A stretch of 64,000 nt of DNA from Candidatus Woesebacteria bacterium RIFCSPLOWO2_01_FULL_44_24b (GTDB lineage Bacteria; Patescibacteriota; Microgenomatia; UBA8517). How positions within the stretch are numbered: position 1 is the first letter of the stretch; every line of letters starts with the position of its first letter. The translations under genes were made by a program, and so were the position numbers. This document shows positions 37,287 through 47,133 of the stretch, piece by piece. Under the pieces are notes generated by a model. It ran no database searches. It had not been told where the DNA came from and worked only from the letters and a program-made list of their open reading frames with translations. Where the stretch lies: contig MGHM01000014.1 in assembly GCA_001793235.1 (NCBI GenBank), forward strand, positions 3,857 through 67,856, written 5' to 3'.

Positions 37287-38913
37287 AAAAGCACTTCTCT
37301 TAATAGTCGCTGGAAGCTTGGCTTGGGCTTTGACTATGGTTAAAAGCGGTCTTCGATATGATTACGGCGTTGGTTTTTGGGGACCGAATGGTCATGATGG
37401 AGTATGGCACTTGTCCCTTGCTCGTTCTCTGGCAAGCGGCAGCCTTGAAATGCCGATATTTGCGGGGGAGCAAATAAAAAATTATCACTTAGGGTTTGAC
37501 CTGTTACTTGCTTTAGTTAATAGAATTACCGCACTACCGGTTTCAGTTTTATATTTCCAAATATTCCCACCGATTATGGCAATATTTATTGGTTTCTTAA
37601 CTTATAAGTTTGTTTTGAATTGGAAAAAGTCCCAAGCCGCTGCTTTTTGGAGTACTTTTTTTGTTTATTTTGGAGGAAATTTGGGGTGGATTTTAACACT
37701 ATTGAAAGGTGGGGGACTTGGAGGTGAATCAGTTTTCTGGGCCCAGCCTGCAATTCTGACTTTAATAAATCCGCCATACGCGATGTCTTTGGTATTTATT
37801 CTTTTGGGTTTAAACTTGATGATTAGGTTAAAAATAATTCCTTCGGCAATTGTTTTTGGTCTTCTGATACAAATCAAAGCTTACGCCGGAATTATTTTAC
37901 TTGGGGCACTGTTACCCCTGGCTTTATATGAGTATTGGAAAAAGCACACTTTTAATTATCTAAAACTGTTAGTAATTTCTTGTGTAATATCTTTTGTGAT
38001 TTTCCTACCAAACCTTACTTCAGGATCACTTTTGGAATTTAAACCTTTCTGGTTTTTGGAAACCATGATGAGTTTTCCTGATAGGGTTGGCTGGAGCCAG
38101 TTCGGTGAAGCAATGGTGAATTACCGACTCGGGGGTCAATGGTTGAAAGCATTTGCTGCTTATGGAATTGCACTCTTAATTTTTTGGTATGGCAATTTGG
38201 GGACTAGATTTGTTGACGAATTTTACTGGGTAAAAATTATTAAGAGTAAAAAACTGGAGCTCATAGATGTATTTATTGGCTCGGCGATAGTCATTGGTTT
38301 ACTTGGGGCGATGCTTTTTGTTCAAAAGGGAACAGCGTGGAACACGATACAGTTTTATTATTATTCACTCTTTTTTGTGTCAATTATAGCCGGAGTAGTC
38401 TTTGCCAAGATTAAGACTAATTTATTAGTCGCTGGGGCCTTAATTTTTATGCTTCCGACTACTGTTGGGGCACTTAAGCACTATCTGCCCTCTCGCCCGC
38501 CGGCTATGATATCAAACGACGAGCTTGATGCATTGGAGTTTTTATCGAATCAGCCAAAGGGAGTGGTTTTGGTTATGCCGTTTGACCGCCAAGCGGCGTC
38601 AGACGCTGCCGACAATCCTCCACGGCCACTTTATTTATACGAGTCCACTGCTTATGTTTCAGCCTATTCCAGCCAACCGGTTTGGCTTGAAGATGAGGTT
38701 AATTTGGACATCACAGGCTACGACTGGCAAGCCCGCCGTAAAAAACTTGTGGGGATGTTAAAAAGGAATAATCAAAGTGAAATGAAAGAGTTTTTGCGAG
38801 AAGAGAATATTTCCTACGTATATGTGGTTGAGCCTGGCAATATCGTTTTCGAGGGTCTCACCAAGCAGTATAGCGAGAATGGTGTGAGAATATACAAATT
38901 AGGCTACAATTGA
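37249..38913 (+). CDS. polytopic membrane protein (possible oligosaccharide polymerase / GT-C-like)
   Basis: About 14 TM helices in the first 400 aa and a C-terminal soluble domain of about 150 aa. It sits between a flippase and a run of GT2 genes. No definable motif. Confidence 0.45.
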   Translation: MLENLRKTFSIGRKALLLIVAGSLAWALTMVKSGLRYDYGVGFWGPNGHDGVWHLSLARSLASGSLEMPIFAGEQIKNYHLGFDLLLALVNRITALPVSVLYFQIFPPIMAIFIGFLTYKFVLNWKKSQAAAFWSTFFVYFGGNLGWILTLLKGGGLGGESVFWAQPAILTLINPPYAMSLVFILLGLNLMIRLKIIPSAIVFGLLIQIKAYAGIILLGALLPLALYEYWKKHTFNYLKLLVISCVISFVIFLPNLTSGSLLEFKPFWFLETMMSFPDRVGWSQFGEAMVNYRLGGQWLKAFAAYGIALLIFWYGNLGTRFVDEFYWVKIIKSKKLELIDVFIGSAIVIGLLGAMLFVQKGTAWNTIQFYYYSLFFVSIIAGVVFAKIKTNLLVAGALIFMLPTTVGALKHYLPSRPPAMISNDELDALEFLSNQPKGVVLVMPFDRQAASDAADNPPRPLYLYESTAYVSAYSSQPVWLEDEVNLDITGYDWQARRKKLVGMLKRNNQSEMKEFLREENISYVYVVEPGNIVFEGLTKQYSENGVRIYKLGYN

Positions 38914-39818
38914 TGTGTATGGGCAAGATTTCGGTGGTTATTAATACCCTAAATGAAGAGGAGAACTTGCCACGAGCTTTGAAGTCAGTTAAAGACTGGG
39001 CAGGCGAGATTGTGGTCGTGGATATGCACTCTGACGACAAAACCGTAGAAATAGCCAAAAAGTATGGAGCTAGGGTGTTTACTCATAAAAAAACCGGCTA
39101 TGTTGAGCCCGCAAGGAACTACGCGATAACAAAAGCCACCTGTGAGTGGATATTGGTTTTAGATGCCGACGAGGAAATCCCTGACAGTTTGGCGAGAAAA
39201 CTAACTGAGCTAAAAGATAATGATAGTATCTCATATTATGCAGTCCCGCGGAAGAATATAGTTTTTGACAAATGGCTTACCCACTCTAGATGGTGGCCGG
39301 ATCGAAACATTCGGTTTTTCAAAAAGGGTGCAGTTGAGTGGGCACGCGAAATTCATTCGGTTCCCCTGACTCATGGAAAAGGTGCGGACATTGACGCCAT
39401 TGAGGATTTGGCAATAGTTCATCATCACTACAGTTCAGTATCTCAATATATTAAGCGGCACGACAGATACTCAACGATTATGGCAAAGGAGAAATATAAA
39501 AACGGTGAGAAATTCAATTGGAAACTGCTTATTTCCAAACCGGTAGGCGAGTTTTTGAGCCGGTACTTTGCCGGCGAAGGTTATAAAGATGGCGTGCATG
39601 GTTTGGTGCTCTCAACCCTTCAGGCTTTTGTAGAATTTCTGATCTACGTCAAGCTCTGGGAAATGCACAAGTTTCCTGAAAGGGAAATCTCTTTAGTTGA
39701 AATTATTAATGAGTTAAAAACATCGCAAAAAGAGATTAACTATTGGACAGCGGACACGATGGTTCGTGAAAATGGAGGCTTAGTTAATCAAATCAAAAGG
39801 AAGTTTAAGCTCCCATGA
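38910..39818 (+). CDS. family-2 glycosyltransferase (paralog group with 40705 and 56696)
   Basis: ISVVINTLNEEENLPRALKSVKDWAGEIVVVDMHSDDKTVEIAKKYGARVF...LVLDADEEIP (DXD). ATGA overlap. Confidence 0.75.
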   Translation: MMCMGKISVVINTLNEEENLPRALKSVKDWAGEIVVVDMHSDDKTVEIAKKYGARVFTHKKTGYVEPARNYAITKATCEWILVLDADEEIPDSLARKLTELKDNDSISYYAVPRKNIVFDKWLTHSRWWPDRNIRFFKKGAVEWAREIHSVPLTHGKGADIDAIEDLAIVHHHYSSVSQYIKRHDRYSTIMAKEKYKNGEKFNWKLLISKPVGEFLSRYFAGEGYKDGVHGLVLSTLQAFVEFLIYVKLWEMHKFPEREISLVEIINELKTSQKEINYWTADTMVRENGGLVNQIKRKFKLP

Positions 39819-40726
39819 CAAACCGAAGAGTCTTCGTGATAATTCTTAATTGGAATAGAAAAGAAGATACTGTCGAATGTCTCAAGAGCATTCGAAAATT
39901 ACAAATTACAAATTATAAATTACAAATTTTAGTGGTTGATAATGGCTCTACTGACGGGTCAGTCGATGCTTTTAGAAAAATTAAAGATGTTGTTTTGATA
40001 GAGAACAAAAAAAATTTGGGTTTTGCAGAGGGGAATAATGTTGGTATTAAGCATGCCATAAAAAACGGCGCCGACTATGTTTTGGTATTAAACAACGACA
40101 CGATATTGGATAAAGACATGCTTGTTCAATTGATTAAAGCAGCGGAAAAATACAGAGACGGCGGTGTGTTTTGCCCTAAAATATATTTTGCCAAGGGCTT
40201 TGAGTTCCACAAAGGTAAATATAAAAAAAGCGACCCAGGAAAAGTTATTTGGGCGGCTGGAGGCCAGATTGATTGGGACAATGTGTATGGCACAAACCGA
40301 GGAGTAGATGAAGTGGACCATGGGCAATATGAACGGGTAGAAAAAATAGATTTTGCGTCAGGGGCTTGTGTGCTCTATAGAGTGGATGCTCTAAAAAGAG
40401 CCGGTTTGTTCAACGATAGTTATTTTATGTACATTGAGGACTTGGAACTTTCCACAAGAATGGCTAAAAAAGGCTGGAAAACTTATTACATCCCCAAGGC
40501 AGTTTTATGGCACAAAGTTGCCCAAAGTAGCGCTATAGGAAGCTCGCTAAACGACTATTTCATAACAAGAAACAGAATGCTCTTTGGGATGAAATACGCA
40601 CCCCTGAGGGCCAGGTTTGCACTATTAAGAGAGGCCTTAAAGTTTTTACTTTATGGCCGTAACTGGCAAAGAATTGGAGTAATAGATTATATAACCGGAA
40701 ACCTTTGGAAAGGATCATGGAAGTAA
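39815..40726 (+). CDS. family-2 glycosyltransferase (rhamnosyltransferase-like GT2)
   Basis: VFVIILNWNRKEDTVECLKSI...ILVVDNGSTDGS...VLVLNNDTIL...GGQIDW...ASGACVLYR. The GT2_2 architecture is typical of rhamnosyl/galactofuranosyl transferases. Confidence 0.75.
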   Translation: MTNRRVFVIILNWNRKEDTVECLKSIRKLQITNYKLQILVVDNGSTDGSVDAFRKIKDVVLIENKKNLGFAEGNNVGIKHAIKNGADYVLVLNNDTILDKDMLVQLIKAAEKYRDGGVFCPKIYFAKGFEFHKGKYKKSDPGKVIWAAGGQIDWDNVYGTNRGVDEVDHGQYERVEKIDFASGACVLYRVDALKRAGLFNDSYFMYIEDLELSTRMAKKGWKTYYIPKAVLWHKVAQSSAIGSSLNDYFITRNRMLFGMKYAPLRARFALLREALKFLLYGRNWQRIGVIDYITGNLWKGSWK

Positions 40727-41478
40727 AAATTAGCGCAATAATTATCGCCAAAGATGAGGAGGCAATGTTGCCTGATTGCCTTAAGTCCTTGGATTGGGTA
40801 GACGAAATATTGGTTGTAGACACCGGCTCTTTTGATAAAACAGTTGAGATTGCTAAAAGACATAAAGCCAGAGTAGTGGAATATAGAAATGGAAAGAATT
40901 ATTCGGATTGGAGAAACAAGGGTTTGGAAGAAGCGAAAGGCGAGTGGATTTTTTACGTTGATGCCGACGAGCGCATACCAATAAACCTTGAAAAAGAAAT
41001 TTCAACGATACTAAAAAACAAAAACAGTTTGAATGCATATGCTGTTGCGAGACGCAATTTTGTTTTAGGGAAGGAATTAAAGCATGGCAGTCTTTATCCT
41101 GATTATCAAAAGCGGCTCTTTAAAAAGTCTGCTCTTAAAAATTGGAAAGGCGAGGTTCATGAAGAGCCTGAGTTTATCGGTGAGCTTGGCCATCTAGAAA
41201 ATCCAATGATTCATTATAAACATGAAACATTTTCCGAAATGGTGAAAAAAACAAATAAGTGGAGTGAGATAGAAGCCAAGCTTATGTTTGATGCCAATCA
41301 CCCACCAATGAATATTGCTCGGTTTTTATCTGCAATGGGCCGTGAGTTTTGGCAGAGGATGGTAGTTCACAAAGCATTTTTGGACGGAAAAATCGGGCTT
41401 ATTTATGGGCTTTACCAAGTATTTAGCAGATTTGTGAGTTACGCAAAGCTCTGGGAAATGCAACTGACGAAAAAATGA
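40705..41478 (+). CDS. family-2 glycosyltransferase (paralog of 38910)
   Basis: ISAIIIAKDEEAMLPDCLKSLDWVDEILVVDTGSFDKTVEIAKRHKARVV...FYVDADERIP. It shares the block order and C-terminal KLWEM with the 38910 gene. Confidence 0.75.
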   Translation: MERIMEVKISAIIIAKDEEAMLPDCLKSLDWVDEILVVDTGSFDKTVEIAKRHKARVVEYRNGKNYSDWRNKGLEEAKGEWIFYVDADERIPINLEKEISTILKNKNSLNAYAVARRNFVLGKELKHGSLYPDYQKRLFKKSALKNWKGEVHEEPEFIGELGHLENPMIHYKHETFSEMVKKTNKWSEIEAKLMFDANHPPMNIARFLSAMGREFWQRMVVHKAFLDGKIGLIYGLYQVFSRFVSYAKLWEMQLTKK

Positions 41479-42497
41479 AAGCAGCAATTTATAATCCTTA
41501 TCTGGATACACTCGGCGGCGGAGAAAGGTATACCGTTGGAGTTATTCAATCTTTTATAGCCAAAGGTTACAAGGTGTATGTTGAATGGCAGGATAAAGCG
41601 ATTATTGAAAAGTTGGAAAAACGCTTTGGTGTTTCTCTAAATGGCACCAGTGTAGTCGACAACATCGAAAGAGGGGATGGCTATGACGCTTGTTTTTGGA
41701 TTTCGGACGGGAGCATCCCCACCCTTCGTGCAAGAAAAAACATTCTGCATTTTCAAGTGCCGTTTACAAACACTAACGGCAAAACACTTATGAATAAGAT
41801 GAAATTGTTTCGTATCAAGCATGTTGTCGTAAACTCTGAATTTACAAAACGATTCATTGATAGGGAGTATGGTGTTAGCAGCAAAGTGATTTATCCGCCG
41901 GTCTCGGTGCGCGAGTTTAAACCAAGACGAAAACAAAACGTAATTTGCTACGTCGGCCGTTTCTCAAACTTAACCCAGCAAAAAAGGCAAGATGTTTTAG
42001 TGAGTGTCTTCAAAAAATTTTACAAGCTTAATAAGGATTGGAAATTAGTACTTGCCGGTGGAGTGGAAGTGGGCAACGGTAACTATACTGGAAGTCTCCG
42101 TGAGCTAGCTAAAGGGTACCCGATAGAGATTTTAGAGAGCCCTAGTTTTCGCGAGATCAAAGAATTATTGGGAGTTTCGAAGATGTTTTGGTCGGCAGCC
42201 GGCTATGGTGTTGATGAGCTTAAGGAGCCCGAAAAGGTGGAGCACTTTGGCATCACAGTAGTTGAAGCAATGGCCGCGAAGGCAGTGCCTTTAGTTTTGG
42301 CGAGAGGCGGGCCAAAAGAAATCATCCAGAACGGTAAAAACGGTTTCTTGTGGAGTAAAAAAGACGAGCTTTTGGAATATGCAAACAAACTTGTTGGAGA
42401 CTACGAGCTAGTTCGTGTTTTGGGTAGGGCTGCAAATGAAGCAAGTGTCAAGTACTCTCAGGACAATTTTATAGCAAATTTTTCAAAATTAATATGA
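41475..42497 (+). CDS. family-4 glycosyltransferase (GT-B, retaining)
   Basis: EHFGITVVEAMAAKAVPLVLARGGPKEII is the EX7E GT4 motif. About 340 aa. Confidence 0.8.
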   Translation: MKAAIYNPYLDTLGGGERYTVGVIQSFIAKGYKVYVEWQDKAIIEKLEKRFGVSLNGTSVVDNIERGDGYDACFWISDGSIPTLRARKNILHFQVPFTNTNGKTLMNKMKLFRIKHVVVNSEFTKRFIDREYGVSSKVIYPPVSVREFKPRRKQNVICYVGRFSNLTQQKRQDVLVSVFKKFYKLNKDWKLVLAGGVEVGNGNYTGSLRELAKGYPIEILESPSFREIKELLGVSKMFWSAAGYGVDELKEPEKVEHFGITVVEAMAAKAVPLVLARGGPKEIIQNGKNGFLWSKKDELLEYANKLVGDYELVRVLGRAANEASVKYSQDNFIANFSKLI

Positions 42498-44017
42498 AAC
42501 GGGAATATATGATTTTACTTTTTATTATGATTGTGGCTTTTGTTTTACGTAGTTTGTATATACGCGAAGGCGCCATAACTTTTACATATGACCAAGCCAG
42601 AGACGCATTTGTGGCAAGAGAGATAATAAATGGGGACTTAAAAATTCTCGGCCCTTCTGCCAACTCTTCCGGGCTTTACCATGGGGTAGCATATTTTTAT
42701 TTTGTCGCATTGGCTTACTTTTTGGGTGGTGGGAGCCCAATAAACGCGAGTTACTTATTGGTAATCTTCAGCTTACTGAGTATTCTTGTTGTTTTTTATT
42801 TTGCGAAAAACATTACAGGAAAAGTGGGTGTCGCTCTTCTGGCATCATTATTTTCTGCCGTATCATTCGAGTTTTCACAATATTCAACTTGGCTTTCTAA
42901 TCCATCGTTGGCAATCGTCACGGTCCCCGCACTTTACTTATCTGTTTGGATGTGGACCCGGAAGCAAGAAAACAAATGGAAATTTTGGGAAGTAGTTGCC
43001 GGCCTTACACTAGGGCTTTCAGTTCAAGCGGACGTTTTTCTCTTGTATCATATTGTGCCTGTGGTTGTTTGGCTTTGGCTAAATAAAAATAAGATTAAAA
43101 TCGTGCAAATCGGAAGGTTTATTGCTTCATCACTCATTGCTTTATCTACTATGATTTTGGTTGAGTTGAAATTTGGATTTCAAGGGGTGAAAGGGGCACT
43201 CGCCCTTGCAGGCGGAGGGGAAACAATGGCACAAGGAAAGAGATTTGGTGACTATGTTCTCTTATATCTTAACCAGTTAGGTGATATTTTCGCAAATAAT
43301 ATTTTTCCAATTAATATTTCTTATGGATCGTTAGTAGTATTTGCAATGGTTGTCTGGCTGGTGATTAGTTGGCTAAAGGCGAAAACCAAGGTTGACTTGA
43401 GATTGTTTTTGCTTTTATTTATCTTTTCGCACTCACTAGCTCTCCCGTTTGGAGGGGACAGTACACCATATTTAGGAGTGGGAATCGGGGCATCTGTGGC
43501 AGTACTTTCGGCTGTTGCTATGGTTGAATTTTCTAATCGAAATAAAATTCTAAGCTATACAATAATTTCGGTGATAATACTTGCCAATATTTTCGCGATA
43601 GTAACCAAAAACAACAAAGGTCAGGTAATATTTGCCGTGCAGGGGTCAAAACTCTTGCGTGATGAGCTGAAACTCGTGGACTATACGTATTCCGAAATGA
43701 ATAGTGAGCCGTTTGCTATTAATTCTCTTACAACTCCGTTGTATTTTAATACCCTTTGGTCTTATCTTTATAGTTGGTACGGCATGGAAAAATATAGCTA
43801 TGTTCCGACTTGGTACGGCAGAGACCAGACGGGGGCACCCGGTAACTTATTGGCCACAGATAAAATCAACAAAGCCCGTTTTTTCATAAAAGAAACCACG
43901 GAGTTTATTCCGTTTCAGTTTGTTGATGAGGCTCAGAATGAAGAGAGCGGAACATCGGAATTAATAGAGGAGCTTGCGTTTAACGGGATTGTTGTTCAAA
44001 AAAGAATATTAAAATGA
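42494..44017 (+). CDS. GT-C-type membrane glycosyltransferase-like protein (subfamily 2)
   Basis: FTYDQARDAFVAREIINGDLKILGPSANSSGLYHGVAYFYFVA is a paralog motif of 19978 and 25483. More than 11 TM helices. ATGA overlap. Confidence 0.55.
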   Translation: MKREYMILLFIMIVAFVLRSLYIREGAITFTYDQARDAFVAREIINGDLKILGPSANSSGLYHGVAYFYFVALAYFLGGGSPINASYLLVIFSLLSILVVFYFAKNITGKVGVALLASLFSAVSFEFSQYSTWLSNPSLAIVTVPALYLSVWMWTRKQENKWKFWEVVAGLTLGLSVQADVFLLYHIVPVVVWLWLNKNKIKIVQIGRFIASSLIALSTMILVELKFGFQGVKGALALAGGGETMAQGKRFGDYVLLYLNQLGDIFANNIFPINISYGSLVVFAMVVWLVISWLKAKTKVDLRLFLLLFIFSHSLALPFGGDSTPYLGVGIGASVAVLSAVAMVEFSNRNKILSYTIISVIILANIFAIVTKNNKGQVIFAVQGSKLLRDELKLVDYTYSEMNSEPFAINSLTTPLYFNTLWSYLYSWYGMEKYSYVPTWYGRDQTGAPGNLLATDKINKARFFIKETTEFIPFQFVDEAQNEESGTSELIEELAFNGIVVQKRILK

Positions 44018-44916
44018 GCAAAAGCATAACAGTGTCTGTTGTAATTCCCAACTGGAATGGGGCTCAGCTTCTGGCTAAGAATTTGCCCAGTGTTCTTAAA
44101 GCTAAAGAGAACCTTAAGAACAAAATAGTAGAGGTGATAGTTGTCGATGATGGCTCAGCCGATAACTCAATCGAAATTCTCAAGCAAAGCTTTAAAGATG
44201 TGAAGTTGGTTCAACACACGGCAAATCGGGGTTTCTCCGCGGCGGTAAACACCGGTGTTAGGTTTGCAAAGGGTACACACGTTTGCCTTTTAAACACCGA
44301 CGTGATTCCCTCACACTCTTTTCTGGACTCGGCTATAAATTGTTTCCGCGATGAGAAAGTGTTTGGAATCACTCTTCACGAAGAAGGTTACGGTCCTGCT
44401 GTGGGTTATTTTGATGGTTACTTCAAGCATAGTGGAGGTTCAGAGAGCGATGAAATCCAGGAGACTTTTTGGGCCAATGGTGGCTCAAGTATTTTCTCTA
44501 AAGCTATTTGGAAGGAGCTAAAAGGACTCGATGGTGAGCTTTATGACCCGTTTTATTGGGAAGATGTTGATTTGGGTTACCGCGCTCGCAAGAGGGGTTA
44601 CACACTGTTCTGGGTTCCGGAGGCAAAAGTTGTCCACGCTCACGAATCTGTTATTAACCAAAATAACTTCAGGAAAAAATACTTAAACATAATAAAAGAA
44701 AGAAATGAACTTCTTTTTATCTGGAAAAACATAACGAGCAAGAGACTTTTTAAGCTTCATCTTAAGGAGCTCTTCAATAGATTAAAGCGGCACCCGGGCT
44801 ACATCAGAGTTGTTTTCGCAGCAGCTTTGAAATGTGGGCTTGTAAGGAGAAGAAGAAACAGAGAAAAGCTTGAGGCAGTGGTTTCAGATGAGGCGGTTTT
44901 TGCAAAATTTTCGTGA
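44014..44916 (+). CDS. family-2 glycosyltransferase
   Basis: VSVVIPNWNGAQLL...EVIVVDDGSADNSIEIL...CLLNTDVIP...FWANGGSSIF...YWEDVDLGYRARKRGY. Confidence 0.75.
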   Translation: MSKSITVSVVIPNWNGAQLLAKNLPSVLKAKENLKNKIVEVIVVDDGSADNSIEILKQSFKDVKLVQHTANRGFSAAVNTGVRFAKGTHVCLLNTDVIPSHSFLDSAINCFRDEKVFGITLHEEGYGPAVGYFDGYFKHSGGSESDEIQETFWANGGSSIFSKAIWKELKGLDGELYDPFYWEDVDLGYRARKRGYTLFWVPEAKVVHAHESVINQNNFRKKYLNIIKERNELLFIWKNITSKRLFKLHLKELFNRLKRHPGYIRVVFAAALKCGLVRRRRNREKLEAVVSDEAVFAKFS

Positions 44917-44920
44917 GGTT

Positions 44921-45724
44921 ATGAAGTTATCGATAATAATCGTCAACTACAATACCAAAGATATAACGCTTGATTGTTTAATATCAATTGATAGATTTCC
45001 AGTTGATGGAAAGTTTGAAGTAATTGTCGTTGACAACGCTTCAACAGATAATTCCATAGATTCATTCGAAAAACTACGAGTTAAGAATTATAAATTGAAA
45101 GTAATCAAAAACGATTACAATTCGGGTTTTTCTAAAGCCAACAATATCGGAATTAAAAGCGCAAGTGGGGAGTATATATTTCTTCTAAATTCGGACACGA
45201 GGGTCCTGAAAAACAGTATTAACGAACTTATGGACTTTGCACAAACGCACAAAAATGTTGGCATAGTTGCGCCAAAACTCTTGAATGGAGATAATACCGC
45301 CCAGCCGTCGGTGTTTAAGTTACCCACACTTGCCCGGACCATTAGGCAATATTGGCTGGGAGAGGCGAAGCTGACGGATAAATATGTTCCGCAAGATTCC
45401 TCTCCCGTGAGTATTGAAGCGGCAGTTGGCGCAGCCCTTCTATTTACGCCGGCTGGTAGAAAAAAGGCCGGGCTATTAGATGAGCGCTATTTTATGTATT
45501 TTGAAGATCTGGACTATTGCAGGAAAGCGAGAGCTAAAGGACTTAAGATTTACTATCTGCCAAGTGCAAAAATAATCCATATTCATGGAGCAAGCGGTGT
45601 GAGTAGTTTGGCTCAGCGAGATAGATTAATTGCCTCGAGTAAAATTTATCATGGTGTTTTGGGTTATTATCTTTTGACCCTGATTATTAAAATCGGCTCA
45701 AAACTTGGCCTCGTCACCAAATGA
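44921..45724 (+). CDS. family-2 glycosyltransferase
   Basis: MKLSIIIVNYNTKDITLDCLISI...EVIVVDNASTDNS...IFLLNSDTRV...YFEDLDYCRKARAKGLKIYY. The ATG at 44921 follows the upstream stop and has GAGG 4 nt upstream. Confidence 0.75.
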   Translation: MKLSIIIVNYNTKDITLDCLISIDRFPVDGKFEVIVVDNASTDNSIDSFEKLRVKNYKLKVIKNDYNSGFSKANNIGIKSASGEYIFLLNSDTRVLKNSINELMDFAQTHKNVGIVAPKLLNGDNTAQPSVFKLPTLARTIRQYWLGEAKLTDKYVPQDSSPVSIEAAVGAALLFTPAGRKKAGLLDERYFMYFEDLDYCRKARAKGLKIYYLPSAKIIHIHGASGVSSLAQRDRLIASSKIYHGVLGYYLLTLIIKIGSKLGLVTK

Positions 45725-47133
45725 AAATCCTTCTGATAATTTTAACAATTACATTATTCGTGAGGGTGTTGTATCTCGGAGATAACTTATTTTTCGGATA
45801 TGAGCAGGGGAGAGACTTTTTAAAGCTCACCGAAATTGCTTCAGGAGACCCGGCTTTAATAGGGCCTAAGACTGATATTGACGGGCTTTTCCATGGTGCT
45901 TTTTCGTACTATAGCCTTTTACCATCCTTTATAATTTTCGGTGGCAACCCATATTTGGTCCTACTTTCTTTGATTCTCATTCATGTTGTCTCGGTGTACT
46001 TTCTTTATAAATTCGCCAAAGAGCTGAAGGGAAAAAAGTTTGCACTTTTGACCACCTTTGTATATGCAATTTCATACTCATCGGTAGTTTATGCTAGGTG
46101 GCTTAGTAACCCAAACTTAGTGCCGGCACTTGCAATATTTTTTCTATACTTTTTGCAAAGGGCAAAAAATAACAAAATGCTATTGGCGTTTGTAGCCCTA
46201 TTTTGGGCACTTATTTTTCACTTGCAAGTTATTGCATCGTTAATTTTACTATTGCCGGGGGCATATTTTGTCGTCACTAATAAATTATTAACCAAGCGCA
46301 ATCTCGTGCCCGTGGCCCTAGTTATTATCGGAGTACTAAACACATACTTGATCTTTAATTTCAAAAACGACAATATTCTATTAAATGGTTTAACCAACTA
46401 CTTGGATGGACCGGCACCAATAGTTCACGATGTCAAATTAGACGAGCTTAACAATGAAATTGTTGATGATTTTTTCCCTCAAAATAGAACCATGGCATTT
46501 GTATTGTTTTGGCTGGTGGTTGGAGTAAACATTATTGCAAGCAGACAGGATTTTGGCTCGCGCTTTATTTTAGTCTTGAGTTTTGCTGCGCCTTTTGTGT
46601 TTATTCTGCTGGGAGTCTCGCCACTTCGGCATCTTTTTATATTAAATCCTTTATTCACTTCACTGCTCATTGCCAATGCAGCATACTTTCTGTTTTCCAA
46701 GAGGCTAGCGGCATTGGCATTAATCACAATATTAATAGCATTTGCTGCTAATTTGACTACTATCTTTGCAAGACTTCCGGAAAGTAACAGGAATTTTATT
46801 TATCATGCCCAAAGTACATATCTTTCTGATATGGAAAATCTCGTTGATTATGCTTATAAAGATGCGGGTGGCGCGCAGTTTAGCTACGACTATTTTTCCG
46901 TGCCGTATTGGCATAACGATGCTTGGGAGTATATGTTTATGTGGTATGGGCAATGGCGATATGGCTTCCTGCCCGCTAAAAATAGGACAAAGGTGTACTA
47001 TGTATTTATTGAACCGGATGAAACCCAGCCGAAATATCAGGAAGATTGGTATGCTAAGTTATCCGCGGGAAGTGTGTTGCTTGACGAATATACTTCTGGC
47101 AAACTTAAAGTAGAAAAGCGAGGAGAAAAGTGA
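45721..47133 (+). CDS. GT-C-type membrane glycosyltransferase-like protein (subfamily 2)
   Basis: FFGYEQGRDFLKLTEIASGDPALIGPKTDIDGLFHGAFSYYSLLP. More than 11 TM helices. ATGA overlap. Confidence 0.55.
   Translation: MKILLIILTITLFVRVLYLGDNLFFGYEQGRDFLKLTEIASGDPALIGPKTDIDGLFHGAFSYYSLLPSFIIFGGNPYLVLLSLILIHVVSVYFLYKFAKELKGKKFALLTTFVYAISYSSVVYARWLSNPNLVPALAIFFLYFLQRAKNNKMLLAFVALFWALIFHLQVIASLILLLPGAYFVVTNKLLTKRNLVPVALVIIGVLNTYLIFNFKNDNILLNGLTNYLDGPAPIVHDVKLDELNNEIVDDFFPQNRTMAFVLFWLVVGVNIIASRQDFGSRFILVLSFAAPFVFILLGVSPLRHLFILNPLFTSLLIANAAYFLFSKRLAALALITILIAFAANLTTIFARLPESNRNFIYHAQSTYLSDMENLVDYAYKDAGGAQFSYDYFSVPYWHNDAWEYMFMWYGQWRYGFLPAKNRTKVYYVFIEPDETQPKYQEDWYAKLSAGSVLLDEYTSGKLKVEKRGEK

Noticed and set aside
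39896-39930. Near-tandem hexanucleotide repeat (aaattacaaattataaattacaaatttt)
   Set aside because: It is in-frame coding sequence of the GT2 gene (KLQITNYKLQIL). It is too short and imperfect to be a CRISPR array, minisatellite or mobile-element end.
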